In this document: piece by piece, positions 11,991-23,235 of the stretch
How positions within the stretch are numbered: position 1 is the stretch's first letter
How the letters are laid out: each line of letters starts with the position of its first letter
Source of the DNA: Chrysemys picta bellii
Lineage: Eukaryota
Length of the DNA: 64,000 nt
Assembly: GCF_011386835.1 (NCBI RefSeq)
Contig: NC_088799.1
Span: forward strand, 51,460,001 to 51,524,000
Reading direction: 5' to 3'
Position numbers and translations under genes: made by a program
Notes under the pieces: generated by a model
The model's input: the letters and a program-made list of their open reading frames with translations, nothing else
What the model was told of the DNA's origin: nothing
The model's database searches: none

Positions 11991-13135
11991 TGTGGCACTA
12001 TGCCCCATATTTTTCATAGAATTATTGTTATGATATGAATATGGCATAAATAAGGTATGTTTTATGTAAGATGGGTCATGTGAAATATCATTGCAATGGT
12101 TATGATTTACTGAATGTGATTATCCTATTTGTATGTATGTATCATTTCTGTGTCTGAAGTTAGGAACATGGACTATGTATCAATTACAAAAGTGTTTGCA
12201 CCTGGGGAACACCCACCAGCCAGTAGGCAATTAGCCTGGATGGGCCATTAGGAAGGACAATAGGACTTTGAAGATACTAATCTCCCACTTTCCTGAGAAG
12301 GTTCCTGGGATGCTGCTTTGTCATTGCAGGGTCAGGTGATCATGTCACATGGTACTGGACCCCATCTTGACTTATTAGTATTTTTCCACAAAAGGGATGG
12401 AGACCAAACTGGGGAATGAAGGATTCCCAACATATGTAAATCCTATTTTAGGCAGGGAAGTGAGTTAATCAAGGCTCCTCCTTCACTGAATCCCCGCCCA
12501 GGATGACTGCTGAGAAGATCTAAGAAACAAGGACTGAGTGGGGAGAACAGCTGAGCCTGGGCCAGAAAAGGTGTCTGGCCTATGAAAGAAATGCCTAAAA
12601 CGACATTTAGAGTGAGAAATCATTACTTGTGACCTGTTTCTTTAGTGTGTTGAGCCTAGTTTGAGTGTTTGTTTTATTTGCTCAGTAATCTGCTTTGATC
12701 TGTTTGCTAACCCTTATAATCACTTAAAATCTATCCTTTGTAGTTAATAACCTTGTTTTATTTTCTAAAACCAAGTTTGTGCAATTCATAATGGGGGGGG
12801 AGGGGAAAGCTGTACATATTTTCCTCCACATTGAGGGAGCGAGCGAATTTCATGTACACAGTTTTCCGTGCAGCACAAGACAATACAATTTTGGGTTTAC
12901 TCTCCAGAGGGTGTGTGCACTTGAGTACTGAGCAATCCCCAAGCTGAGCCTTCCCACATAGAGCTGATCTCAGTGTCTGTGTCCCTTTGCAGCTGGGTGT
13001 GGCCTTACCTGTATGTGTGCTAGAGGAGGCTTGAGGGCCTGGCACAACAAGACAGGGTGAGGGAGCCCAGGCTGGTGGAACCCCAGTACATCAGGTGGCA
13101 CCCCAGAAGACGGGGGGTGGGGGCAACCCATCACA
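11991..13135 (+). mobile_element. Solo LTR, 1145 bp (Gypsy/ERV-type)
   Basis: TGTGG...TCACA termini; 5-bp TSD CTGGG / CTGGT (4/5); TATA-like TATTTTAG near 12445. No internal ORF. Orientation is inferred. Confidence 0.75.
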
Positions 13136-13648
13136 CTGGTTTTGAAGTTTCAAATCTCGGCTGGTTATGAGCCATCCCTGCAAAAATAAGCAAGTAGTGA
13201 GAAGTGGTTTTTTACAATGAAAAAGATATATTTAGCTACCCTTTCATAATTTTAACTGGCTCAAAGTATTTTGCTCAAAAATACCTTCAGGCACAGACCA
13301 AGCTTGGAAAACCTGAGGCCAAACTAAGAATGTTATGAACATGTGGAAACAGAGAGATTAGAATGGAAACTGTTCTGCAACCCAAGCTATGAGAGTCGTG
13401 GTCAGCAGGGCCACTACACTCAGGGACTCTGATGGTTTGGATGCTTGAACAGATGGTCAGATGTGAACTCCTAGACTATTAGGAGTGGAAGGGTAGGCTA
13501 GGTGGCATTGGAAAGGTAACTGGCCTCGGGTTTTATCTATGTCCTCAGTGCCATGATAATCTTTTCCTATGATCAGTTATAGACACACTTCCTTAGGACA
13601 CACAGCCCTTTATTTTTAGACCTAACTTAACTAAGCTGAAAAGAGTAC

Positions 13649-13885
13649 TCAAGGTCCTGATCTTTGGACCACTCTCAGACTGAGCTCCTGCAAGCCAGTC
13701 TCTGTATCCTCTATCTGGATGCTTCCTACTGGGGTGATGGCATACCAGTTTCCCTCCAGGGAAGATCTTGACTCAGAGTCCCTCAGTTGTTCTCCGGGCA
13801 GTGTGTGGTTTCTCTCGCTAGTACTTGAAGTGAGCCTTCCTCCAGGAAGGAATGGCTGGATTGTTGGCCTCTGGATGTAGCAATG
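13649..13885 (-). CDS. Candidate terminal coding exon (78 aa + stop), unknown product
   Basis: Acceptor ...GTTTTCCTGGCCTGAGCTGCAG|CATTG; open phase-0 frame HCYIQ...QRSGP*; AATAAA on the - strand at 13614-13609. No homology recognised. Confidence 0.2.
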   Translation of the reverse strand, partial: HCYIQRPTIQPFLPGGRLTSSTSERNHTLPGEQLRDSESRSSLEGNWYAITPVGSIQIEDTETGLQELSLRVVQRSGP

Positions 13886-14277
13886 CTGCAGCTCAGGCCA
13901 GGAAAACACAGGGTGTGAGGGCTTTGGGGCTTACGCTGATCGCCTGATGCTACCCACCTGGCTGGCCTGTGGAAGTAAAGCCCACAGGAAGCAGGTCCTC
14001 ACCAATCTTCATTTCTCCAGCTTTGTGGAAGAGAGAAGAAGGGGCAAGGCAAGATAAGGAGCATGTTATGGACTCTTCCGGGCTTTTGGACACCTCCAGT
14101 CCCTGCCCTTCTTCTTCGACACCCCACCTCTCAGTACACTCTGCCCCTGCTTCTCCAGACCAGGCAACTCCCTTCCCCTCAGGCATGCCCAGGACTGGAG
14201 AGAAGATTCTTCATCACTTTTTCCCCTGCTGGACATTTCTTTTACTGACATTCTATGGGCCCCTCAGGGAGGCTCCA

Positions 14278-14515
14278 TCCCCTGTTGCTCATTCCCAGCT
14301 TCTGGCAAACAGAGGCTAGGGGCACCATCCCTGCCCATCCTGGCTAATAGCCATTGATGGACCTATCCTCCATGAACTTATCCAGTTCTTTTTTCAACCC
14401 TCTTATGGTCCTGGCTTTCACAACATCCTCTGGCAAGGAGTTCCACAGGTTGACTGTGTGTTGTGTGAAGAAATACTTCCTTTTATTTGTTTTAAACCTG
14501 CTGCCTATTAGTTCT
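14278..14515 (-). mobile_element. CR1 3'-region fragment
   Basis: CATTCCCAGCTTCTGGCAAACAGAGGCTAGG...GAGTTCCACAGGTTGACTGTG; near-identical family member at 18440-18712. Confidence 0.85.
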
Positions 14516-14744
14516 TGCTCCCTCTTCTAAGAACAGGGATACTATGGTTATGCAGACTTAGCTGCTTAACTGAGACTAAGCTTATTGTCACAAGAGGGAC
14601 AGTGCTGCTCAAGGGACTGGTAATAGGTAAGGCCAGGGATTAGGTGTGGGAGAAAAAATAAGAGTTTGTGATGAAGTGGTAGGTGGAAAAAATTTCACAA
14701 CATTCCTGGGAAAAATCCTTCCCCGTGCCCTAGGTAGTGCTGGG

Positions 14745-15046
14745 CAGGGGCGGCTGTAGCTTTTTTGCCGCCCCAAGCACGGCAGGCAGGCTACCTTCGG
14801 CAGTATGCATGCGGGAGGTCCCTGGTCCCATGGATTCGGCGGCATGCCTGCGGGTGATCCGCCAGTCCCGTGGCTTCGGCGTACCTGCCGCCGAATTGCT
14901 GCTGAATCCGCGGGACCAGCAGAACTCCCGCAGGCAAGCCGCCGAAAGCTGCCTGACTGCCACCCTTGCAGGGACTGGCAGGGCGCCCCCTGCAGCTTGC
15001 CACCCCAGGCACGCGCTTGGAGCGCTGGTGCCTGGAGCTGCCGCTG
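14745..15046. mobile_element. GC/CpG-rich hAT MITE, 302 bp
   Basis: Perfect 8-bp TSD GTGCTGGG (14737-14744 / 15047-15054); imperfect TIRs CAGGGGCGGCTGTAG / CTGGAGCTGCCGCTG. Confidence 0.9.
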
Positions 15047-15060
15047 GTGCTGGGACTTAC

Positions 15061-15167
15061 CTGAAGAAGGTTCAAACTTGAGAGTTTCCTTAGCTGCCAC
15101 TCCGGGCATTTTTCACACAGGAGACAATAGAAGATATTGTTCATGGTTTCTGCAATATCTCTGCCAG
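15061..15167 (-). CDS. Candidate exon, 107 nt, unknown product
   Basis: Acceptor CTTTTTCATTTTGGTAG|CT, consensus donor CAG|GTAAGT. One fully open frame, GRDIAETMNNIFYCLLCEKCPEWQLRKLSSLNLLQ, contains ACCATG at 15144. Confidence 0.35.
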
Positions 15168-18100
15168 CTACCAAAATGAAAAAGCCCGCCTGTAGGAATG
15201 GGTGAATAGCCTTTCTCCTCTAGGAGGATGGTCTAGATCCAGTGCAGGACAAGACTTACTGAAAGTCATTACTATCTGAGGTCTCAGTGGCCTGAGAGAA
15301 AGGAGTCTGGTGGTCTCAATGAAGTTCCTAGTGAATGCATGTTCACATCACATCCATCTTCATCACAACTAGATCTTGCTGGCAGCCTCAGCAGGCAGGC
15401 CTAGGATCACATGGGCAAGGAGACAGAATACTTCTCACACAAATGAGTTCCTGAGGGAACCCTGCATTGCCATTGCCAGGGCTATAGCTGTTCTGGAGAT
15501 TATCCGAGGCCTTCCATTTTCAGAGCTGGCCATCAGGGCACATAAAAGAAGAGCCATTCACACACACACAAAAGAAAGAGGGTTTAATGGAACAGCTGTT
15601 TTAGGCTAGTTACTGGCAGTTTCATCCCAATAACACTGCTAATGGGTATGGCTATTTTGGAAACGTATAATATTTACAAATGTGACAAATTGCCCCAAAA
15701 TAGTCAGTTTGCTCAAAGAGTTTGATGCATTGGCTTTTCTGACCCAAGGGACTGTGAAGATTTCTGAAGAGCAGTTACCCAGTGTCACGCCAATTTTTCT
15801 GGCTTCATGAGCTCAGGAGCACAACTGCATTGACGGCTTTGCAAAGAGGAGGGCGGGTGCCCAGGACCTCCTGATTGTACGGGCTGGTAAGTTCCTCTGT
15901 GAACTCAAGGGCTTTTTTGCAAAGGTGCATGCCTCTCTTTTGCACCAGAGGTACCTCTGTCAGCCAGATGCCTCTTGGGGCCTCTGACTCATGTTTGTAT
16001 AGAAAGGCTTGCCATTCCCCCTAGCAGAGAGCCTATTGCTTTTCAGGAACAGCACTACTCTAGCAAAGCCAAAACTGGCTGTCAAACCTGCAATCAGGTA
16101 CTTAAATGTAGCTATCCAGCCAGAGTGTTGGAGCTCCACCGCGTGGAGCTGACAGCATGGCATGGCTTTAACTCTATACTCCTCTCCTACATGTCACCTG
16201 CCGAGCAAAATCTTCTCGCTGACGCATTTCTGTGTATGGACAATCTAGTTATGTCATCTCATTTCAGGTACTGAACAATATCAGGGAAGAGCTCTGCTTT
16301 CCTTCCATTGCACCTCTGATACAAACTAAGTAAAGATGGGCCTCAAATTGATTGGCACTGGGGAGTCCCAAGAGGGCATAAAGCCAGTGGAGCTGGCTCC
16401 TACACCACCATTCTAGCTGTCCATAATCTAGGGGGCATGGAGGGGCACACAATGTGACTGAAGCATGATGTGTTCCAGCAGTCTCCATCTGGCGCATGGC
16501 CCTTTGGAGACCACAGCCAGCTGGCATATATCAGAGCAGCCCCTAGGCTGCTCTAATCTGGGGCTGGAGTCAGGAAGAGAATCAGCGAGCCATAACTAAC
16601 TCCTCTCTGCCACCACACTGAACCCAGCAGAAGCTGAGCATAGCAGAAAATCTTGGCCATCTTCACATCACACTGGTATTGCTGATCCTAATAGTAGCCC
16701 TTACACAGTAGCTTTTTTGCCCCACTATTTTGTTATGTGAGCTACAAGAAATCCTACACATTATGAACTGACAGCCGGTAAAAATCCTGGTACAAGGAAG
16801 ACTGGCCCACATTTTTCAGCTTTGTGTATCTAAAATCCTTAATCCATAGGTAGCCCCCTTAATACTGCACCTGATTTTCAGGTGTGCTGTGCACCTGCAG
16901 CTCCCTCCAGTGCCTCTAAAGAAGCAGCTGGCAAACAAGCACCCTGCTCAGAGCTGTGCTGACACCCTCAACAATGCTGATGCCCAACCAAAGCAGAGAA
17001 CAAATAAAGCTGCATTAAGACCAGTTCCATTAGAAACACAATAAATAAATAAATGCTGTTTTCTAATGTGGAAAAGTAAAAAAATCAATAAGGAAAGAAA
17101 TATTATTTTTAATCTTTTAAGCGTTTTTTACAAACAACGGGGAGGGGAAAAAATTGAAAACCATGAAAAAAGGCTTGCCAATGTCCTTTTAACCTTTATT
17201 TATTATCACTCAGTCCACATCAACCCCTGACTGCATGATAATTTGAAATTTCATTTTAATTTCAATGTATCATGTAATTCAACACAGCTTTTCACATTGT
17301 GTGTGTGTGCGTGTGCGTGAGCATGCTGGAAACTTTAAAAAAAATCTCTCTATAGGAAATGCATCAGAGAAAAGCCCCATAACCCTTCTGCAGCAGTTAC
17401 TTAATTTATAACATGAAAAGGGTTTGTGCTAAAATATGATAAAAAATAAAATCAACAAACTTCAAAGAAAAGGAATATTCCTTAATAACATGCTTAAACT
17501 TGAAGGATGGCTGCTGCTTGCTTTTCTATAGCTGTGTCTGTTCCTTGCATTACAGTGCAAGTTATTTTGAGACTGGCTTTATGGGAAGTCTTGTACAGCA
17601 GGTTGGTTAGATCTGTTTAGTGCCATATATTAATGGCAAGTTTAAAAAGAAATCTGGATGCAGTTGGGCAACTAGGATGTCACGTATGTCCCTGTTGAGG
17701 GGTGGGCAGGAATATACAGGCTCCTGCCATGCAACTCTGCAAATGATCTTTGTGTGGCATGGGTGGCACCTGCTGTCATCTGGGGTACTCAGACCAGTTG
17801 TCCCCCTGCTCTGGGACAGGCCATTCTCAGTGTTGAGCCTTGGCTGTGTAACTTACTCCAGTTCACCGCACCTAGAGTTATCGACTTCCAAGGCATGCTA
17901 CGTGGCTGATTTGTTTTTCCCCAAGGTGTTAGGGCACATGCAGGGATTGGGGAGAATTGTATTCTGTAGACATGGATGTATTTTAACTCAGTTTTTATAA
18001 ACCGTAAAGCACTCTGTGAATTATAAAATGTAACCAGCTCCTACAAATCCTAATCTCACGAGAGGAGACTTCTAATTGTAATGTGGGCAAATAGCCATGA

Positions 18101-18439
18101 AGAAATGCACTAAGAACACCACATTTTAGTCTCACCATTGACACTCTGGGCAGGATTTGAAGTCAGATTGCTGGCCAGGTGGTTAGAGCACCAACGACCC
18201 AATATAGTATGCATTGTAGTCAATTTCCATCTAGTTCAATAGGCTTTGGCTCAAGCCCTTACCCATTACAGTGCCTAGCCTCGTTCAGAATTGCAGACAC
18301 TTCCCTTGTCAATTCACCAGAGATGATGTTGCAAAAACACATTGCAAAAAGCTTCTCTCTCAGCTGCTTCAGGTTCACTGGCACATTCCAAACCAAAACC
18401 CTTTTAATGTTGTCCTGGAATCTGCCAAACAGAGGGCTA

Positions 18440-18712
18440 GTTCATCAAGTGATCCATCCCCAGCCGTCCATTCCCAGCTTCTGGCAAACAGAGGCTAGGG
18501 ACACCATCCCTGCCCATCCTGGTTAATAGCCATTGATGGACCCATCATCCATGAACTTATCTAGTTCTTTTTTGAACCCTGCTATAGTCTTGGCCTTCAC
18601 AACATCCTCTGGCAATGAGTCCCACAGGTTGACTGTGTGTTGTGTGAAGAAGTACTTCTTTTGTTTATTTTAAACCGGCTGCCTGTTAATTTCATTGGGT
18701 GACCCCCAATAG
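18440..18712 (-). mobile_element. CR1 3'-region fragment
   Basis: Same family as 14278-14515. Confidence 0.85.
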
Positions 18713-20644
18713 TTAGTTAACAACCAAAGCTACAACTATGAATAATCCATTAAATGTACCTGGAGTTTTCTGTATTTGTGGATTTCTGTGTGATGATGTC
18801 AATCTGTCCAGTTGGGCCAGCGCTTTGCGAGATGGTACCTTATAGAATTCAGACAGCTCTGCTTTATAGAGAAAAGTAGCAATCACAAAATCCGATTGGA
18901 GAATATGCACAGATGCAAAGGAAATGCTGCCTCACTTTGACATTTCAGGTGGACTTTGTGCAGAAGCCAAGGCACACTTACCCTGTTTGTCTTGTAATAT
19001 TTTAGAGGCAGAGACATTAATTACCCATCAGTCCCACCATCATTCTAAAATCCACACACAGCCTTCCAGATGCTTGATGTGACACTGACATTAGAGGCAT
19101 CTGAACCGATTGAGACCAGCAACCCATTACGCTAGGAGCTGTACAGATCCCTAGTCAGAGACAGTCTCTGTCCCCGTCTATTTATAATCTAAAAGGAGAC
19201 GAGACAGGCTAAGGAAGTAATATTCTCTCCATTTCACAGCTGGGGAACTGAAGCACAGGAAGAGAAATTGACTGGATCCTGTGTCAAAGCCAGGAATTGA
19301 ACCCAGATCTGCAGCCTACTCTCAAGCCCATTCGCACTCTCGAAAGTAGGTAACTGTGCTAAGTGCCAAGGAGGAAGGGCAACTCAAAGCTGCAATCGCT
19401 TATACCATCAAGGCCCAGGAACTGTATGGCCGGGTCTGCTTTTATGCAAGCTGGGGGAGGATACTGTGCCTTCCTGAACACAACCGGTCACAGGCGTCTT
19501 GCACTGCCCGTCTCTGGGGATGTCTACCTTGTGCTAGTAGCATGGGTAGTAATGCTAGTGAAGATGTGGCAACACAGGATAGCAACCTAACCAGAGAACA
19601 AGCCTGCCCGGGGTCTGGGTACATACTCTGGATGCTAGCCCATGCCACCAAGTCTACACTGCTACTGTTACCTGTGCTAGCTAAATTAAAGTTATTGGGG
19701 GTATGCCTACCTGATTTGCTGATGCTGCCCCCGGGGCCCTGCCTTCCACCCTGCAGAAATAAGAGCAATATCTACATCTTACCTAGTACTTTCCAGCCAC
19801 TCCCAAATGGGAGTTGAAGCACAGCAAGGTGAGGTGACTTGCCCATGGTCACCAGGAGGCTGACAGCAGAACTGAGAGTAGAACCCAGCCTAAGTTCCAG
19901 TGTGGTGCTCTGTCCACTAGCCCACAGTGCCGCCTAGCCCACAGTGCCATACGCAGGTTTGCATTCATTGCCTTGCTCCCAGCCAGGTATGTCTCAGTCC
20001 ATGCCCAGACATCTCACCCCGAGGTTTGAGCAGGGGAGGAAGAGAAGAAACTTCCTGATGCAAATGGCCCCAGGGTAATGAATGGCAGGGGACAGCACCT
20101 GTTTATCACCCCGGCGCTCGGTAGATTGCCACAATTTTTCTCGCTAATCATGACTGATTGGAAAATAAGTTCCTTGTTTGTTTTTGTATAATTTTATTCA
20201 CAAAAATTCCAGCACATTAATTTGCTTAATAGACCCCTGCCACAGATGGTGCATTTTTCCCAGTGTGTTGGCACTGGCTCTGGGCAGAAGGAATCTCATA
20301 TATTTGTGTCAGCATCCATTGGCAGCCACCTTTATCAGCAGGCTCCTTAAGTGACAGGCACAAAAGGGTGGTTTGTGTACTTAAAACTCCCAGTTGTTAC
20401 GCCACGCTGCCACCGGTGAGTTGTGTATTGAGCCTGAAATGAAGGTGACACAGCCCTGGTAAAAGCTGATAGACAAATAAATTCTGTGTTTTCTGACCAT
20501 TCTCTTGAAAAGGAAGCTGGGCCCATGTCCCTCAAAGCAGCTCCTGAAATCACACTTAGGGAGCGTGCATCTCATTGTGGAGATCCTGGAAATTAGAGCT
20601 GATTGGAGAGATTATAATTAAAAGAGTCATTTCAAAGCCTCCTG

Positions 20645-20745
20645 ATCCATGGGTACTTCAGTTCCAAGGCCAGAAGGGACGATCGTGATCATCTAGTCTG
20701 AGCTTCCGTATAGCACAGGCCAACAAGTTTCACCCAGTGATTCCG
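20645..20745 (-). mobile_element. CR1 3' terminal fragment
   Basis: AAGGCCAGAAGGGACGATCGTGATCATCTAGTCTGA...TTTCACCCAGTGATTCC. Confidence 0.7.
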
Positions 20746-21170
20746 GCAGTGCTGACAAAAGCCAGTAGCGGATTAGTCTCTGGGTGAACAGCACCCATGA
20801 CCAGGGACCCCGGCCAATTGGGGGCCCCTGGAAAAATGGGTGCCCCCAAATGTTTCCCAGGTTCAGATCTGTTCATCTTGTTTGCTCATTTCCATATGCC
20901 CCTGCTTTGAATTTATTGGGAGCAGAGGGCTCTCGGTACCCGTCAGTGCTGGACCCAATGTCTGACCGTCTGAGGCTTAATGTCCCCACTAGCGGGAATG
21001 GAATATAGGACTTGCATTACTGCAGAAACATGCCAGTCTGTCTTGCCTCGGCTAACAGGCTAACCTTGCTAGCTGGAAGCAGTCACTGACTCATAAGTCC
21101 CTTATTTGAACCAGCCATGAGAGGGGGACAAAGACTCCTGTGCTCCAGAATGTTCTCTCCGTTCTCTTAG

Positions 21171-21319
21171 CGCCAGTGTTGCTGAGAAAAGAATCTGACC
21201 CTCGTGGTTTGAGGTGCTTGAGCCGGGAATGCAGGCAGTCCCTGCCACACCGAGTTAGGTACGGACCCAAAGTTAAACAGCCCTTTCAAGTGCATGAGGT
21301 TGAAATGGCCCCCTTTTTG
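21171..21319 (+). other. Candidate exon, 149 nt
   Basis: Acceptor TTCTCTCCGTTCTCTTAG|C and donor TTG|GTAAGT; one open frame, PVLLRKESD...EMAPFL. Confidence 0.3.
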
Positions 21320-22459
21320 GTAAGTGAGGAGCCCTCATATGGTCTGGCCCCTGTCTGGAGTGGCCTTTTGAGTGACTGCCCCAGCATGGGTTCTTACAAA
21401 GGTGCTGTGAGGTGTTTGGAGTGGCATGAGGACAGTTTGTCCCCAACAGCAGGAGACAACGTGTGTATGAGGCGCAGCCTGGCTACAGAATCGAACGGAG
21501 CCGCTTTTCCAGCGGGGGAGTGCCTGAGAGAATGTCGCTGCTATTTTTGGTGTCCTGGCCTGGTCAGCGGGCTTAGGGGAAATGGGCCTGTCAGGTGAAA
21601 TCGCCTCTAGTGCAGGGGGCCAGCTCACAGCCCAGTCACCACCTAAGCCCAAGCAGGAGAGCAAGGGGGTAACATCCCTGCACCCAGCTTAGCCTATCTG
21701 GATCTTGGGTTGGGGTTTGATGTGGAGCACAGCCCCTCTTCTGCAGATGCGCCACACTCCCCAGGCCAGGTGCTAAGGAGAGTTGGAACTGCACTCTTTG
21801 AAGAGCCAGAGTAGCTTGCTTCCCGCCAGAGTGAGAAGGGAGCTGGGGAGCTAATAGTATGCGACTATTTGGGACTGCGTAGGATCTGTCGACACTGCAT
21901 CTGGGACTGAGCCTTCCAACCTGGACAGACAGACACATGCTAGGGGCTCCAGCTAGTGTGCTAGAAATCGCCCCGTGGAGTCTGCAGCTTGGGTTCTCCA
22001 GGCTTGGGGGGGTCTGGTGGACTTGAGAGCCCAAGCTGCCATCTGAGGAACAATGTTCCCAGGGCTATTGTTAGCATGCTGGCTCAAGCACAGCTAAATG
22101 CGATTATGCCTACTCTTGCTCCCAGCTCGCTCCCTGATGCAGTGCAGACATGCAAAGCAGTCACACCTCACTCCTTGTTCAGAGCTGATCCTAAAGGCTC
22201 AGACTAGCCTCTAGGGCTTAAGTGGTGCATGGCTGGCTCTCTGCACACGGGTGAATTTCACCCCCACTGAGATAAAATAGACTAGGAAAAATAACCCTAG
22301 TCTGCATCCAAGCACTGCTCCCCCACTACTGCACTAAATATTTTTCCAAAAATAGAATTTTGCCCAGTGGGCCTCCTATAGGAAGAAAGGTCCATGGCAG
22401 GATGGGAGTAGAGTTCTGCCTCCTTCTCTAGTGTACATTTGCCTGTTTTCAAAACATTC

Positions 22460-22461
<2 letters not shown>

Positions 22462-22503
<42 letters not shown>
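22462..22503. repeat. (CA)n microsatellite, ~21 units
   Basis: Direct reading. Confidence 0.98.
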
Positions 22504-22504
<1 letters not shown>

Positions 22505-22961
22505 CATGCAGACATGCATACATACAGGAGGGACATGCAAGCACATCCATGCAAGAGGAGTTACACATACATAAACATACAGGATGTGGTGGCAATGCAC
22601 ATATTGGGCCAGACTGAGCTGGTCCACCGAGCAGCAGAGTTCAAAGCAAGAACCTATTCCCTCATCCAGTGTGGAGTAGCTGGTGGGAGCACAGGGACTG
22701 CTCACTCCTGCTGCCCCACAGGAATGCAAAAAGAATCTGGGAGGACCTTGCTTCTGTGAAGGACCATAAGAAATGAGCTTATTACAATGACAAGAGAGAA
22801 CCAGTCTAAATGAGCCCCATCTCTGAATTTCGCAGTGCGGCCTCTCCCCTGTGGGTCTCGGTTACATTGTCAGCTCTTTGGGGCACAGAATGGCTGAATT
22901 TCTGTGCATAATATAGTAGCACCAAATGCATTGTTGAGGCTAAACAAACTGTAACAATACT

Positions 22962-23235
22962 TAGACCTGGTCAAAATTTTCTCCTGCAAACCCCATTTCA
23001 GCAGAAGATGGCTTTTTGATTAAACAAAATGTCACCAAAAAAAAAAAAATCCATTTTCATAGAAAATTTGTGGAAAAACTGAAAATTTAAAATTGTTTGG
23101 TTTTAAACAAAACAAATATAGTTGTCAGACTTTCAATACAAACCATAAAATTGTCACAGAAAAATATCTATGAAAACCACATTTCCCCCCCTTTTCCTCA
23201 AAATTTTGGCCAGGAAAAAATCCCATTCAGCACTG
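22962..23235. mobile_element. AT-rich hAT-like element (degenerate)
   Basis: TAGACCTGGTCAAAATTTT ... CCCATTCAGCACTG termini. Confidence 0.45.

Noticed and set aside
14609-15179. Five overlapping ORFs of 77-166 aa
   Set aside because: They run through a GC-rich hAT MITE that lacks stops; only the splice-bounded 15061-15167 part is kept as a candidate.
15807-15882. + strand CTG|GTAAGT donor with a possible ~70-nt exon (EHNCIDGFAKRR...)
   Set aside because: Weak acceptor, no recognisable product, and no phase partner; the level expected by chance.
21305-21319. MAPFL matches the N-terminus of PKC-delta (MAPFLRIAF)
   Set aside because: Only five residues match; the genomic continuation is VSEE or an intron, and no other PRKCD exon is seen.
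22297-22759. ORFs with CVCVCV or THTHTH runs
   Set aside because: Translation of a (CA)n microsatellite.
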